DNA of 64,000 nt from Eledone cirrhosa (lineage: Eukaryota): positions 25,358,001 to 25,422,000 of the forward strand of contig OZ024757.1 of NCBI GenBank assembly GCA_964016885.1, written 5' to 3'. Shown here piece after piece: positions 54,346-64,000 of this stretch (position 1 is its first letter; each line of letters opens with the position of its first letter). The notes beneath the pieces were generated by a model that did no database searches, was not told the origin of the DNA, and saw only the letters and a program-made list of their open reading frames with translations. Position numbers and translations under genes: made by a program.

Positions 54346-54943
54346 AACAACAACAACAACAACAATAGCTGGTAATGTTACCATGTGAACTAGATTGAGA
54401 TGTTCAATATCTCCTATCTTGCTCAGTTCAATAACCTATCAACAGATGTTACCAGCTGCAAATAATTAATCCCTAATCAGTTGAATAATTACCTTAATTC
54501 ATTAGATTCATGTAACGCTTTTTATACAAACAAACCGCACCTGAAACCAGCCTTTATAAAGTGTTTACGATTTTATGTAAGAACCTTTGTTAAATTATGT
54601 TCCAGATACCCCCCGCCCCCTGAAATTCTGCTCCTGGTTCTATAATACTAAGCTGCTTACACATACACACACACACATAGAGAGAGAGAAATATATATAC
54701 ATGTATATATATATATATATATATACATATATATGTATATATACATATACATATATATATGTGTGTGTGTGTGTGTATATATATATATGTGTGTGTGTGT
54801 GGGTATATATATATGTGTGTGTGTGTATATATATATGTGTATATATATATGTGTGTGTATATATATATATATGTGTGTGTGTGTGTATATATATGTGTGT
54901 GTAGATATATGTGTGTGTGTATATATATATGTATATATACATA

Positions 54944-54994
<51 letters not shown>

Positions 54995-56419
54995 ATATAT
55001 ATATATACACACACACACATATACATATACACACATATATACATACATATATATACACACATATATATCTATCTACACACACACATATATATATATACAG
55101 ACACACACACGCACACATATATACACACACACATACATATGTACACACACACATACATATATATATATATCTACACACACACATATATATATATATATAT
55201 ACACACACATATATATATATACACACGCACACATACACATATATATGTACACACGCACACATACACATATATGTATATACACACACACACATATATATAT
55301 ATATATACACACACATATCTACACACACACACACATATATATATACACACACACACATATATATACACACACACACACATATATATATATATACACACAC
55401 ACATATAAAACACAGTTTTGGCAGCTAGTTCAATTAATAAATGTCTGCTGTGTTACCAGTGTTTTGTTTCACTGCTGTCAGCTATTTCCTTGTTTAATCT
55501 GGCCATTGTTGTTGAAAAATGATTTATTTCATCATCATCACCATCATCATCATAGTTGTCATCATCACCATCATCATCATCATCACAACCTTTATCACAA
55601 CTATCATCATCATCACCATCATCGTTGCCCTCATCATCATCATCATCGCCATCAGTCGTCATCATCACCATCATCATAGTCCCACCATCACCATCATCAC
55701 AACCCTCATCATCATCACCATTGTTGTCGTCATCACTTTCATCCTCCTCATCATCATCATCATCATCATCATCACCATTATCATTACAGTCTCACCATCA
55801 CCATCACCATCATCACCTTACTCATAATAGTCTTCGGTACCACAATTAGCACTATCAACACCACAAGCGCCACCATCTTCACCACCACCACCACTATCAC
55901 CACAAGCACCACCAACACCACCACCATCACTACCACCATCATCACTATCACCATCACCACCATCTTCACCACTACCAGCACCATCTTCACCACCACTACT
56001 ACTGCTACTGCTGCTATATAACAGCAAGTCTGCTGTCTCACCCTGGTTTTTTTCCTATGTTCATTAACTTGACCAGAGGACACAGAGAGAAAGAGAAATA
56101 CTAGCCAAGACCAAACTGGACTATACCATACCATACCAGACCAAACTACACCATACCAGACCAAACCAAACCTGACAATGTAACTGGAGATATTGACACA
56201 GTTAGTATTATATAGCTTTTCTAACACTTTCCCTTTTTTGTTAAACTCAGAGGTTCTCAATGTGGGTGATAAACTCTGCCCCTGGTTCTATAAAGTGTTT
56301 ACAATTTTATGTAAGAACCTTTGTTAAGTTATGTTCCAGATACCAACCCACCTGAAAGTGTTTATATTTATTTTTAAAAAACCTTCCATCATAATTTTAT
56401 GTAAGATCCTTTAAATAAT

Positions 56420-56797
56420 AATAATGAAATTATTGTGTACAGTGCTCAGGTGCACTACAACTCATCAAAGGTGCATGTATAGTACATAGAATAATGTACA
56501 AATGTCAGGAAAATGAACAGTGTATGAGTCATGATATAATAATAATAACAATAATGAAATATTGTGTACAGTGCCCAGGGGCACCACAACTCATCAAAAA
56601 AAGTGCATGTACAGTACATAGGGCAATGCACAAACATCAGTAAAATGAACAGTGCACGAGTCATGATACACACGTGTGCATGTGTATGGAAGGGGTACAT
56701 CAGGTGTAGTTTTGGCGTATTTCGGGAAGCATGAGTGTCTTAAAGGATGCAGTATCTCGGCAGCTAACAATTGACGCAGGCAGTTTGTTCCATGCTT
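56420..56797 (-). mobile_element. CR1/L2-type LINE 3' end with duplicated tail
   Basis: Minus strand AWNKLPASIVSCRDTASFKT. The 3'UTR segment is present twice (56420-56535 and 56545-56667). Confidence 0.7.
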
Positions 56798-57354
56798 TGT
56801 TAAGTTATGTTCCAGAACCCTCCCCTGGTCCTATAATACTAAGCTGTTTATAATTTTATGTAAGAACCTTTGTTAAGTTATGTTCCAGATCACCACCTCT
56901 CCTCTGCCTCTGGTCCTATATACTAAGCTGTTTATAATTTTATGTAAGAACCTTTGTTAAGTTATGGTCCAGATCCCCCTCCCCCTCTCCTCCTGAAACT
57001 TTGCCCCTGGTCCTATAATACTAAGCTGTTTATAATTTTATGTAAGAACCGTTGTTAAGTTACATTCCAGATACACCCACTCCCCACCTGAAACTCTGTC
57101 CATGGTTCTGTAAAACTGAAGTGTTTATTATAGTGTTTACATTTTTTTTTTTTTAAAACCTTCCATTATAATTTTATGTAAGAACCTTTATTAAGTTATG
57201 TTCCAGATACCAATCCAATCCAATTAAAAGTTTACTTGATACTGAAATGTTTATTTTAAAAATAAATATTCTGTATACAAAACCTAAGGTTCTTTGTACT
57301 TTATATATATATATATATATATATATAAAGAGAGAGAGAGACAGAAAGTGTACC

Positions 57355-57525
57355 AAATATGTAAGAACCTTTGTTAAGTTATGTTCCAAATATGTAAAAA
57401 CCTTTGTTAAGTTATGTTCCAAATATGTAAGAACCTTTGTTAAGTTATATTCCAAATATGTAAGAACCTTCGTTAAATTATGTTCCAAATATGGAAGCAC
57501 CTTCGTTAAGTTATGTTCCAGATAT
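57355..57525 (+). repeat. 33-bp tandem repeat (AAATATGTAAGAACCTTTGTTAAGTTATGTTCC), with dispersed copies from 54570 to 57740
   Basis: Five tandem units. The same core occurs with variable flanks at about 54575, 56310, 56860, 56941, 57040, 57177, 57675. Confidence 0.85.
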
Positions 57526-58449
57526 TAAGGTATTGTTCTCAAAATAAATAACATCAAAATTTCACAGATTCAATATTGTGTGAGGTAACTATGTAAGGTA
57601 AAGCCTTTACTGTGAAAATATAATAGTAAATATAAAGTAATGTAAATGCTAAAGAGTTAAGTTATGTTCCAGATATGTAAGACCATTGTTAAGTTATGTC
57701 CCAGATATATAAGAACCTTTGTTAAGTTATATTCCAAATATGATAATGAAAGGGTTAATATTGTTATAAAGGATATATGGAGCATGGCCGAGTGGTTAAA
57801 ATATTCTCTTCAGAACCACAAGGCTTCAGGCCCAATCATACGGTATAATATATATCTTTTCTTTTCCTTCAACAGCCATGATGAATGCCCCATGACAACC
57901 AATGAGTTCAAACCCTTGGCAACTAGCATGAAACCATGGTACAGAAGTAATTACAGCCCTTAACCCTATAGCATAAAAACCAGCCGTATTCGGCCAGGAA
58001 TCTCTGAACTCTTTCTCTTCAAACCAACCATAACCAGCCACTTATACCAATGTGAACGTATTGTTCTCAAAGTAAATAACATCATCAAAATCTCATAGAT
58101 TCGATATTATGTGAGATAAAGCCTTTACCATGAAAATACGATAGTATATAACAACTTCAAAATCTCATAAAATTGATATTATGTGAGATAAAGCCTTTAC
58201 CATGAAAATACAATAGTATATAACAACTTCAAAATCTCATAAATTTGATATTATGTGAGATAAAGCCTTTACCGCGAAAATGCAATAGTAAATATAGAGT
58301 AATGTAAATGTTATGAGATAAAGTGTTTACTGTGAAAATACAATAGTAAATATAGAGTAATGTAAATGATGAAGGGTTAAATCCACACATACAAAAACAA
58401 AACAAAACAAAGCAAAAAACAAACTTGTTTTTACCTTTTTTCCTGTACA

Positions 58450-58926
58450 ATGACTGATTTTCTTACAACAATGAAGAAATTCAATGTTCGCGCTGTGGGA
58501 CGAATGATGATGCGAAAGAAAAAAAATGGTAATACTGATCTAAATGAAATAAAACTGTTGCGACCACTACGTTTAGAAAACACCTACCAGCTCTCTCCTT
58601 CACAACTGTTTGTGCCTCATTGTGTTGAAGGAATTGTGAAGGATGTAATACTTATTGAAGACCTAACCAATGCCATCTATTGCTCAGATACGGCGCCTGA
58701 TCTTGTTAAAAGAATGTCCGATGAAATCAAAGAGAAACTTAAGAATTTGTACTGGAAACGTTACAAGTTTGTAGTCCATGTTTTAATAGGTCAGAATCTA
58801 AGACAACATTTCATATCAGCTAGTAGATGTCTATGGAATGAAGAAGCAGATAATTTTGTCGTTCACAAATATAACAATTCTAATATTTTTGTAATTTGTT
58901 CTGTGTTTGCCACTTATTTTGAATAA
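58450..58926 (+). CDS. Tctex1-domain dynein light chain (TCTEX1D1/DYNLT5-like), single exon, 158 aa
   Basis: ENTYQLSP...F, Y......LVKRMSDEIKEKLK, RYKFVVHVLIGQ, ISASRCLWNEEADNF and terminal SVFATYFE are Tctex-1 family hallmarks. Confidence 0.93.
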   Translation: MTDFLTTMKKFNVRAVGRMMMRKKKNGNTDLNEIKLLRPLRLENTYQLSPSQLFVPHCVEGIVKDVILIEDLTNAIYCSDTAPDLVKRMSDEIKEKLKNLYWKRYKFVVHVLIGQNLRQHFISASRCLWNEEADNFVVHKYNNSNIFVICSVFATYFE

Positions 58927-59032
58927 GATCCATTTAACCTCTTCAGTGCTGTAGACGAGATAACTCGCCCTAACATGTATGCATTCCAGTGCCACAGACA
59001 AGATAACTATTCCAAACATGTTTGAACTCTTT

Positions 59033-59195
59033 TCCAACAGTTATAACTTAAAAGTTATCAAATCGTTTCCAACAGTTCATAACTTCAAAGTTATGAACTC
59101 GTTACCAACAGTTCATAACTTCAAAGTTATGAACTCGTTACCAACAGTTCATAACTTCAAAGTTATGAATTCGTTTCTAACAGTTCATAATTTCA
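59033..59195 (+). repeat. 36-bp tandem repeat, each unit a hairpin, downstream of the Tctex1 stop
   Basis: AGTTCATAACT-TCAA-AGTTATGAACT; units at 59036, 59071, 59107, 59143, 59179. Confidence 0.9.
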
Positions 59196-60399
59196 AATCT
59201 AGATGGGGGTTACTAGTTTATTGATGTAACGGTCTCTGTCCACTGAGGTATTTTTTTCCCATCGCTGTCTTGAACAGCATTTAGCTGTTTCAACAATGTG
59301 TTTTCTCATTTTTATATGAATTCAAATACACTCTCACTTCATCTTGATCAGAGACAACAGTTTTTTCATTTATATATGTATTCAATCAAAAATTATTTAA
59401 TAAATTAAAACAATTAAACAATGAGGAAGAGATTTAAAAGAAAAATAAATATATAACAATAATTTGATTCCATGTTCTATATATTTTAAAATATTTTTCA
59501 TTTAAGGGTAGAGTTCCTACAAGACATTATATAAAAGTATCCAGTCCACACTGTAAAGTGGTTGTTTTGGTGACACAACAAAAAGCACCCTGTCCACACT
59601 CTGAAGTGGTTGTTTTGGTGACATGACAAAAAGCACCCAGTCCAGCAAGGTAAAGTTCTGTTTGTGCCATGACAAAAAGCACCCAGTCCATACTATAAAG
59701 TGGTCATATTGGTGAGACGACAAAAAGCACCCAGTCCACTCTGTAAAGTGGTCAAGTTGGTGACATGATAAAAAGCACCTAGTCCACATAGTAAAAATGG
59801 TTGGTGTTAGGAAGGGCATCCATCCATAGAAACCAAGCCAGAAACAGTTCTGTATGAGCAGCAAGATATGGTCCCCCACATGATCAAACTTGTCACACAA
59901 CAAGACAACACTTGTAACACATGCTAGCGTGGAAATATGTCCATTATCGTGAATTTTATCTTTCCTAATACATGACATACTCTTTTAATCATCTTTGCTG
60001 ACGACAACAACAACAACGACAACAACAACAGCAAAGACAACAGCAGCAGCAGCAACGACAACAACAACAGCAGCAGCAAGAACAACAACAGATCAAATCT
60101 GGTAACTGCAGTAAGAAAGTCCATTAATAAAACTTGGCATCATCATTGTCCTCAGCATTATTGTTGTTGTTGTTGTCATTCTTTTAGAAATCTCCAGCTG
60201 TGTTGTCATAGTTACAAGTAAAGAAAAGTGTGTGTGGTGTAAGTTGTGTGTGTGCACGTTTGCATCTGTGTGCACATGTGGTGTGTATGTATTTGTATGT
60301 GTGTGTGTGGTGTGTTTGTATCTGTGCCTGTGTCAGTGTGTTTTTGTATCTCTGTGTGCATGTATGTTTGTATTTCTGCTTGCATGTGTGTGTTTGTTT

Positions 60400-62558
60400 C
60401 TGTGTGTGTGAGGTGTCAGTGTATGTGTTTGTATGTGTGTGTGTGAGGTGTCAGTGTGTGTTTGTATGTGTGTGTGAGGTGTCAGTGTATGTGTTTGTAT
60501 GTGTGTGTGAGGTGTCAGTGTATGTGTTTGTATCTGTGTGTATGTGGTGTCAGTGTATGTGTTTGTATGTGTGTGTGTGGTGTCAGTGTGTGTGTTTGTT
60601 TCTGTGTATGAGGTGTCAGTGTGTGTTTGTATGTGTGTATGTGGTGTCAGTGTATGTGTTTGTATCTGTGTGTGAGGTGTCAGTGTATGTGTTTGTATCT
60701 GTGTGTATGTGGTGTCAGTGTGTGTGTTTGTATCTGTGTGTATGTGGTGTCTGTGTGTATGTGGTGTCAGTGTGTGTGTTTGTATCTGTGTGTATGTGGT
60801 GTCAGTGTGTGTGTTTGTATCTGTGTGTGAGGTGTCAGTGTATGTGTTTGTATCTGTGTATGTGGTGTCAGTGTGTGTGTTTGTTTCTGTGTATGAGGTG
60901 TCAGTGTGTGTTTGTATGTGTGTATGTGGTGTCAGTGTGTGTTTGTATGTGTGTATGTGGTGTCAGTGTATGTGTTTGTATGTGTGTATGTGGTGTCAGT
61001 GTATGTGTTTGTATGTGTGTATGTGGTGTCAGTGTGTGTGTTTGTATGTGTGTATGTGGTGTCAGTGTGTGTGTTTGTATCTGTGTGTGAGGTGTCAGTG
61101 TATGTGTTTGTATCTGTGTGTATGTGGTGTCAGTGTGTATGTGGTGTCAGTGTGTGTGTTTGTATCTGTGTGTATGTGGTGTCAGTGTGTGTGTTTGTAT
61201 CTGTGTGTATGTGGTGTCAGTGTGTGTGTTTGTATCTGTGTGTATGTGGTGTCAGTGTGTGTGTTTGTATCTGTGTGTATGTGGTGTCAGTGTGTGTGTT
61301 TGTATCTGTGTGTATGTGGTGTCAGTGTGTATGTGGTGTCAGTGTGTGTGTTTGTATCTGTGTGTATGTGGTGTCAGTGTGTATGTGGTGTCAGTGTGTG
61401 TGTTTGTATCTGTGTGTATGTGGTGTCAGTGTGTATGTGGTGTCAGTGTGTGTGTTTGTATCTGTGTGTATGTGGTGTCAGTGTGTGTGTTTGTATCTGT
61501 GTGTGAGGTGTCAGTGTATGTGTTTGTATCTGTGTGTATGAGGTGTCAGTGTGTGTTTGTATGTGTGTATGTGGTGTCAGTGTGTGTGTTTGTATCTGTG
61601 TGTGAGGTGTCAGTGTATGTGTTTGTATCCGTGTGTATGTGGTGTCAGTGTGTGTTTGTATGTGTGTATGTGGTGTCAGTGTGTGTGTTTGTATCTGTGT
61701 GTATGTGGTGTCAGTGTGTGTTTGTATGTGTGTATGTGGTGTCAGTGTGTGTGTTTGTATCTGTGTGTGAGGTGTCAGTGTATGTGTTTGTATGTGTGTA
61801 TGTGGTGTCAGTGTGTGTGTGTTTGTATGTGTGTATGTGGTGTCAGTGTGTGTGTGTTTGTATGTGTGTATGTGGTGTCAGTGTGTGTGTTTGTATCTGT
61901 GTGTATGTGGTGTCAGTGTGTGTGTTTGTATCTGTGTGTGAGGTGTCAGTGTATGTGTTTGTATCTGTGTGTATGTGGTGTCAGTGTGTGTGTTTGTATG
62001 TGTATGTGGTGTCAGTGTATGTGTTTGTATCTGTGTGTGAGGTGTCAGTGTATGTTTGTATCTGTGTGTATGAGGTGTGTGTGTTTGTATGTGTGTATGT
62101 GGTGTCAGTGTGTGTGTTTGTATCTGTGTGTGAGGTGTCAGTGTATGTGTTTGTATCTGTGTGTATGTGGTGTCAGTGTGTGTGTTTGTATGTGTATGTG
62201 TTTGTATCTGTGTGTGAGGTGTCAGTGTATGTGTTTGTATCTGTGTGTATGTGGTGTCAGTGTGTGTTTGTATGTGTGTGTGGTGTCAGTGTGTGTGTTT
62301 GTATCTGTGTGTATGTGGTGTCAGTGTGTGTGTTTGTATCTGTGTGTGAGGTGTCAGTGTATGTGTTTGTATCTGTGTGTATGTGGTGTCAGTGCATGTG
62401 TTTGTATCTGTGTGTATGTGGTGTCAGTGTATGTGTTTGTATCTGTGTGTATGTGGTGTCAGTGTGTGAGGTGTCAGTGCATGTGTTTGTATCTGTGTGT
62501 ATGTGGTGTCAGTGTGTGTGTTTGTATCTGTGTGTATGTGGTGTCAGTGTGTGTGAGG
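60400..62558 (+). repeat. GT-rich complex minisatellite (GGTGTCAGTGTGTGTGTTTGTATCTGTGTGTATGT, about 31-37 bp)
   Basis: About 2.1 kb of variant units. The Cys/Val-rich ORFs here are artefacts. Confidence 0.95.
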
Positions 62559-63482
62559 TTAGGTGATATTCAATGAATATTAATGAATCATCGTTAGTCG
62601 AGAGAATACCTTGATTGGATTTGCTAGAACTTGCTTCAAATTTTCTAATGAAATCATTAATATATTTATCAATGCTTAACCATTATCATTAATCATAAAT
62701 AAGTATTGCTTTGTTCAGTCAACCATGAAGAGCTTGGAGGAGAGACTTTTAAGCAAACGAAAGTAAATTACTATCTTCGTTTGGAAACATATTGATTAGA
62801 TTCTTCTATTGATTTATCTTTGATTTGGTACAAGGCCATAATATTTTAGTTAATCGGGTGTAATCAACAGATTTTACCCTGTTCCACTTCAATGCCTTTT
62901 GTGTTCAAATTACGCCTCCGTATTGAATTGGGAACAAACAAAGGAAAGTAGAAAAAATGCAAATAATAATAATAATAACCCTAGAAAAATACAAAAAGAA
63001 AATAAAAACCTTCGAAAAATAAAAAAATAAAAACCCTAGAAAAATATAAAAAAAAATAAAAACCTAAGAAAAATAGAAAAGAAATAGAAAATAAAAACCC
63101 TAGAAAAAAAAATAAAAATCCATAGAAAAATAGGAAAAATGTAAAAAAAACAAAAATCCCTAGAAAAACATTGACATGATAGGATTGAAGCTGTAATCCT
63201 TAAAATATCCAAGAGATTGTTTATAGGAGGCAAAAACTGAAGTGCCTCTTAAGTTTTCCCCCCCTACAGGGTAGACTGGGTGCTTTTTGTCCTTGAAAGC
63301 AGACATATAAATATGATAATGATGATGATGATGACGATGATTCAAGAAACGAAAACAAAAACAAACAGACAAAAAAATATTAAAAAGAAGAAATTCAAAA
63401 CTTTTATTAGGAATCATAAATAACATTGTGTATCATCAAAGAATTAATTTATCATTATTGAGCATTACAAATTGACTTTTAG

Positions 63483-63956
63483 TTAACCCTTTAGTATTTA
63501 AACCGGCCATATCTGGCCAGAATTCCCTCACCTCTTTCTGTCCAAACTGGCTGTATCCGGCCAGAAGTCTCTCACCTCTTTCTCTTTAAACTGGCTGTGT
63601 CTGGTGAGAATTCCCTCACCTCTTTCTGTTTAAACCGGCTATATCTGGTCAGACCCACACCTCTTTCTGTTTAAACCAGCTATATCTGGTCAGAATTCCC
63701 ACACCTCTTTCTGTTCAAACCGGCTATATCTGGTCAGAATTCCCACACCTCTTTCTGTTCAAACTGGGTGTATCCGGCCAGAATTCTCTCACCTCTTCCT
63801 GTTCAAACTGGCTGTAACTAGCCACTCATACAGATGTTCAGGGACTGTTCATAAAATAAATATCAAAATCTCATAGATTCGATATTATATGAGGTAAAGC
63901 CTTCACCATGAAACTATGATAGTAATTATAGAGTAATGTAAATGCTAAAGGGTTAA
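63483..63956. mobile_element. TTAA-flanked MITE (piggyBac-like termini) with internal 44-bp unit expansion
   Basis: Termini TTAA-CCCTTTAG.ATTTA ... TAAATGCTAAAGGG-TTAA. Other copies at 28254-28468, 32656-32908, 41372-41637, 41876-42080, 45490-45685, 45757-45960, 57525-57660, 57960-58380. Confidence 0.8.
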
Positions 63957-64000
63957 GGATGTGAGCAATACTCTTCTCTGTAAATATCTACTTTTACTAC

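Noticed and set aside
54570-57740. CRISPR-like appearance: constant 33-bp core separated by variable sequence
   Set aside because: Eukaryotic context, no cas genes, and the intervening sequences are related to each other and irregular in length. It is a degenerate tandem repeat.

Overview
Eukaryotic, very repeat-rich genomic DNA with a 200-N gap at 9013-9212. The SINE, MITE and microsatellite landscape suggests an octopus or other coleoid cephalopod (inference). Most ORF-track entries are artefacts of (TA)n, (CA)n, (CAC)n and (CT)n microsatellites. Three protein-coding genes are well supported: (1) a six-coding-exon ependymin-related secreted protein (+, 28122-43273, 208 aa, reconstructed by hand and absent from the ORF track as a whole), (2) single-coding-exon mitochondrial Xaa-Pro aminopeptidase 3 (XPNPEP3, -, 46714-48183), (3) a single-exon Tctex1-domain dynein light chain (+, 58450-58926). 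Two further spliced genes in the first 23 kb are possible but unidentified. Mobile DNA includes a near full-length, frameshifted Penelope-like (probably Naiad-type) retroelement with RT and GIY-YIG domains, a CRE-like RLE retrotransposon remnant, RTE and CR1/L2 fragments, tRNA-derived SINEs and TTAA-flanked MITEs. The most striking pattern is a set of short Penelope pLTR-type repeats, nearly all inside (TA)n tracts, that carry minimal type I hammerhead ribozyme folds. Several families have family-fixed non-canonical cores (U3-A8 covariant, U4C, U4A), and several copies are fold-back palindromes, some turning at a hammerhead helix.
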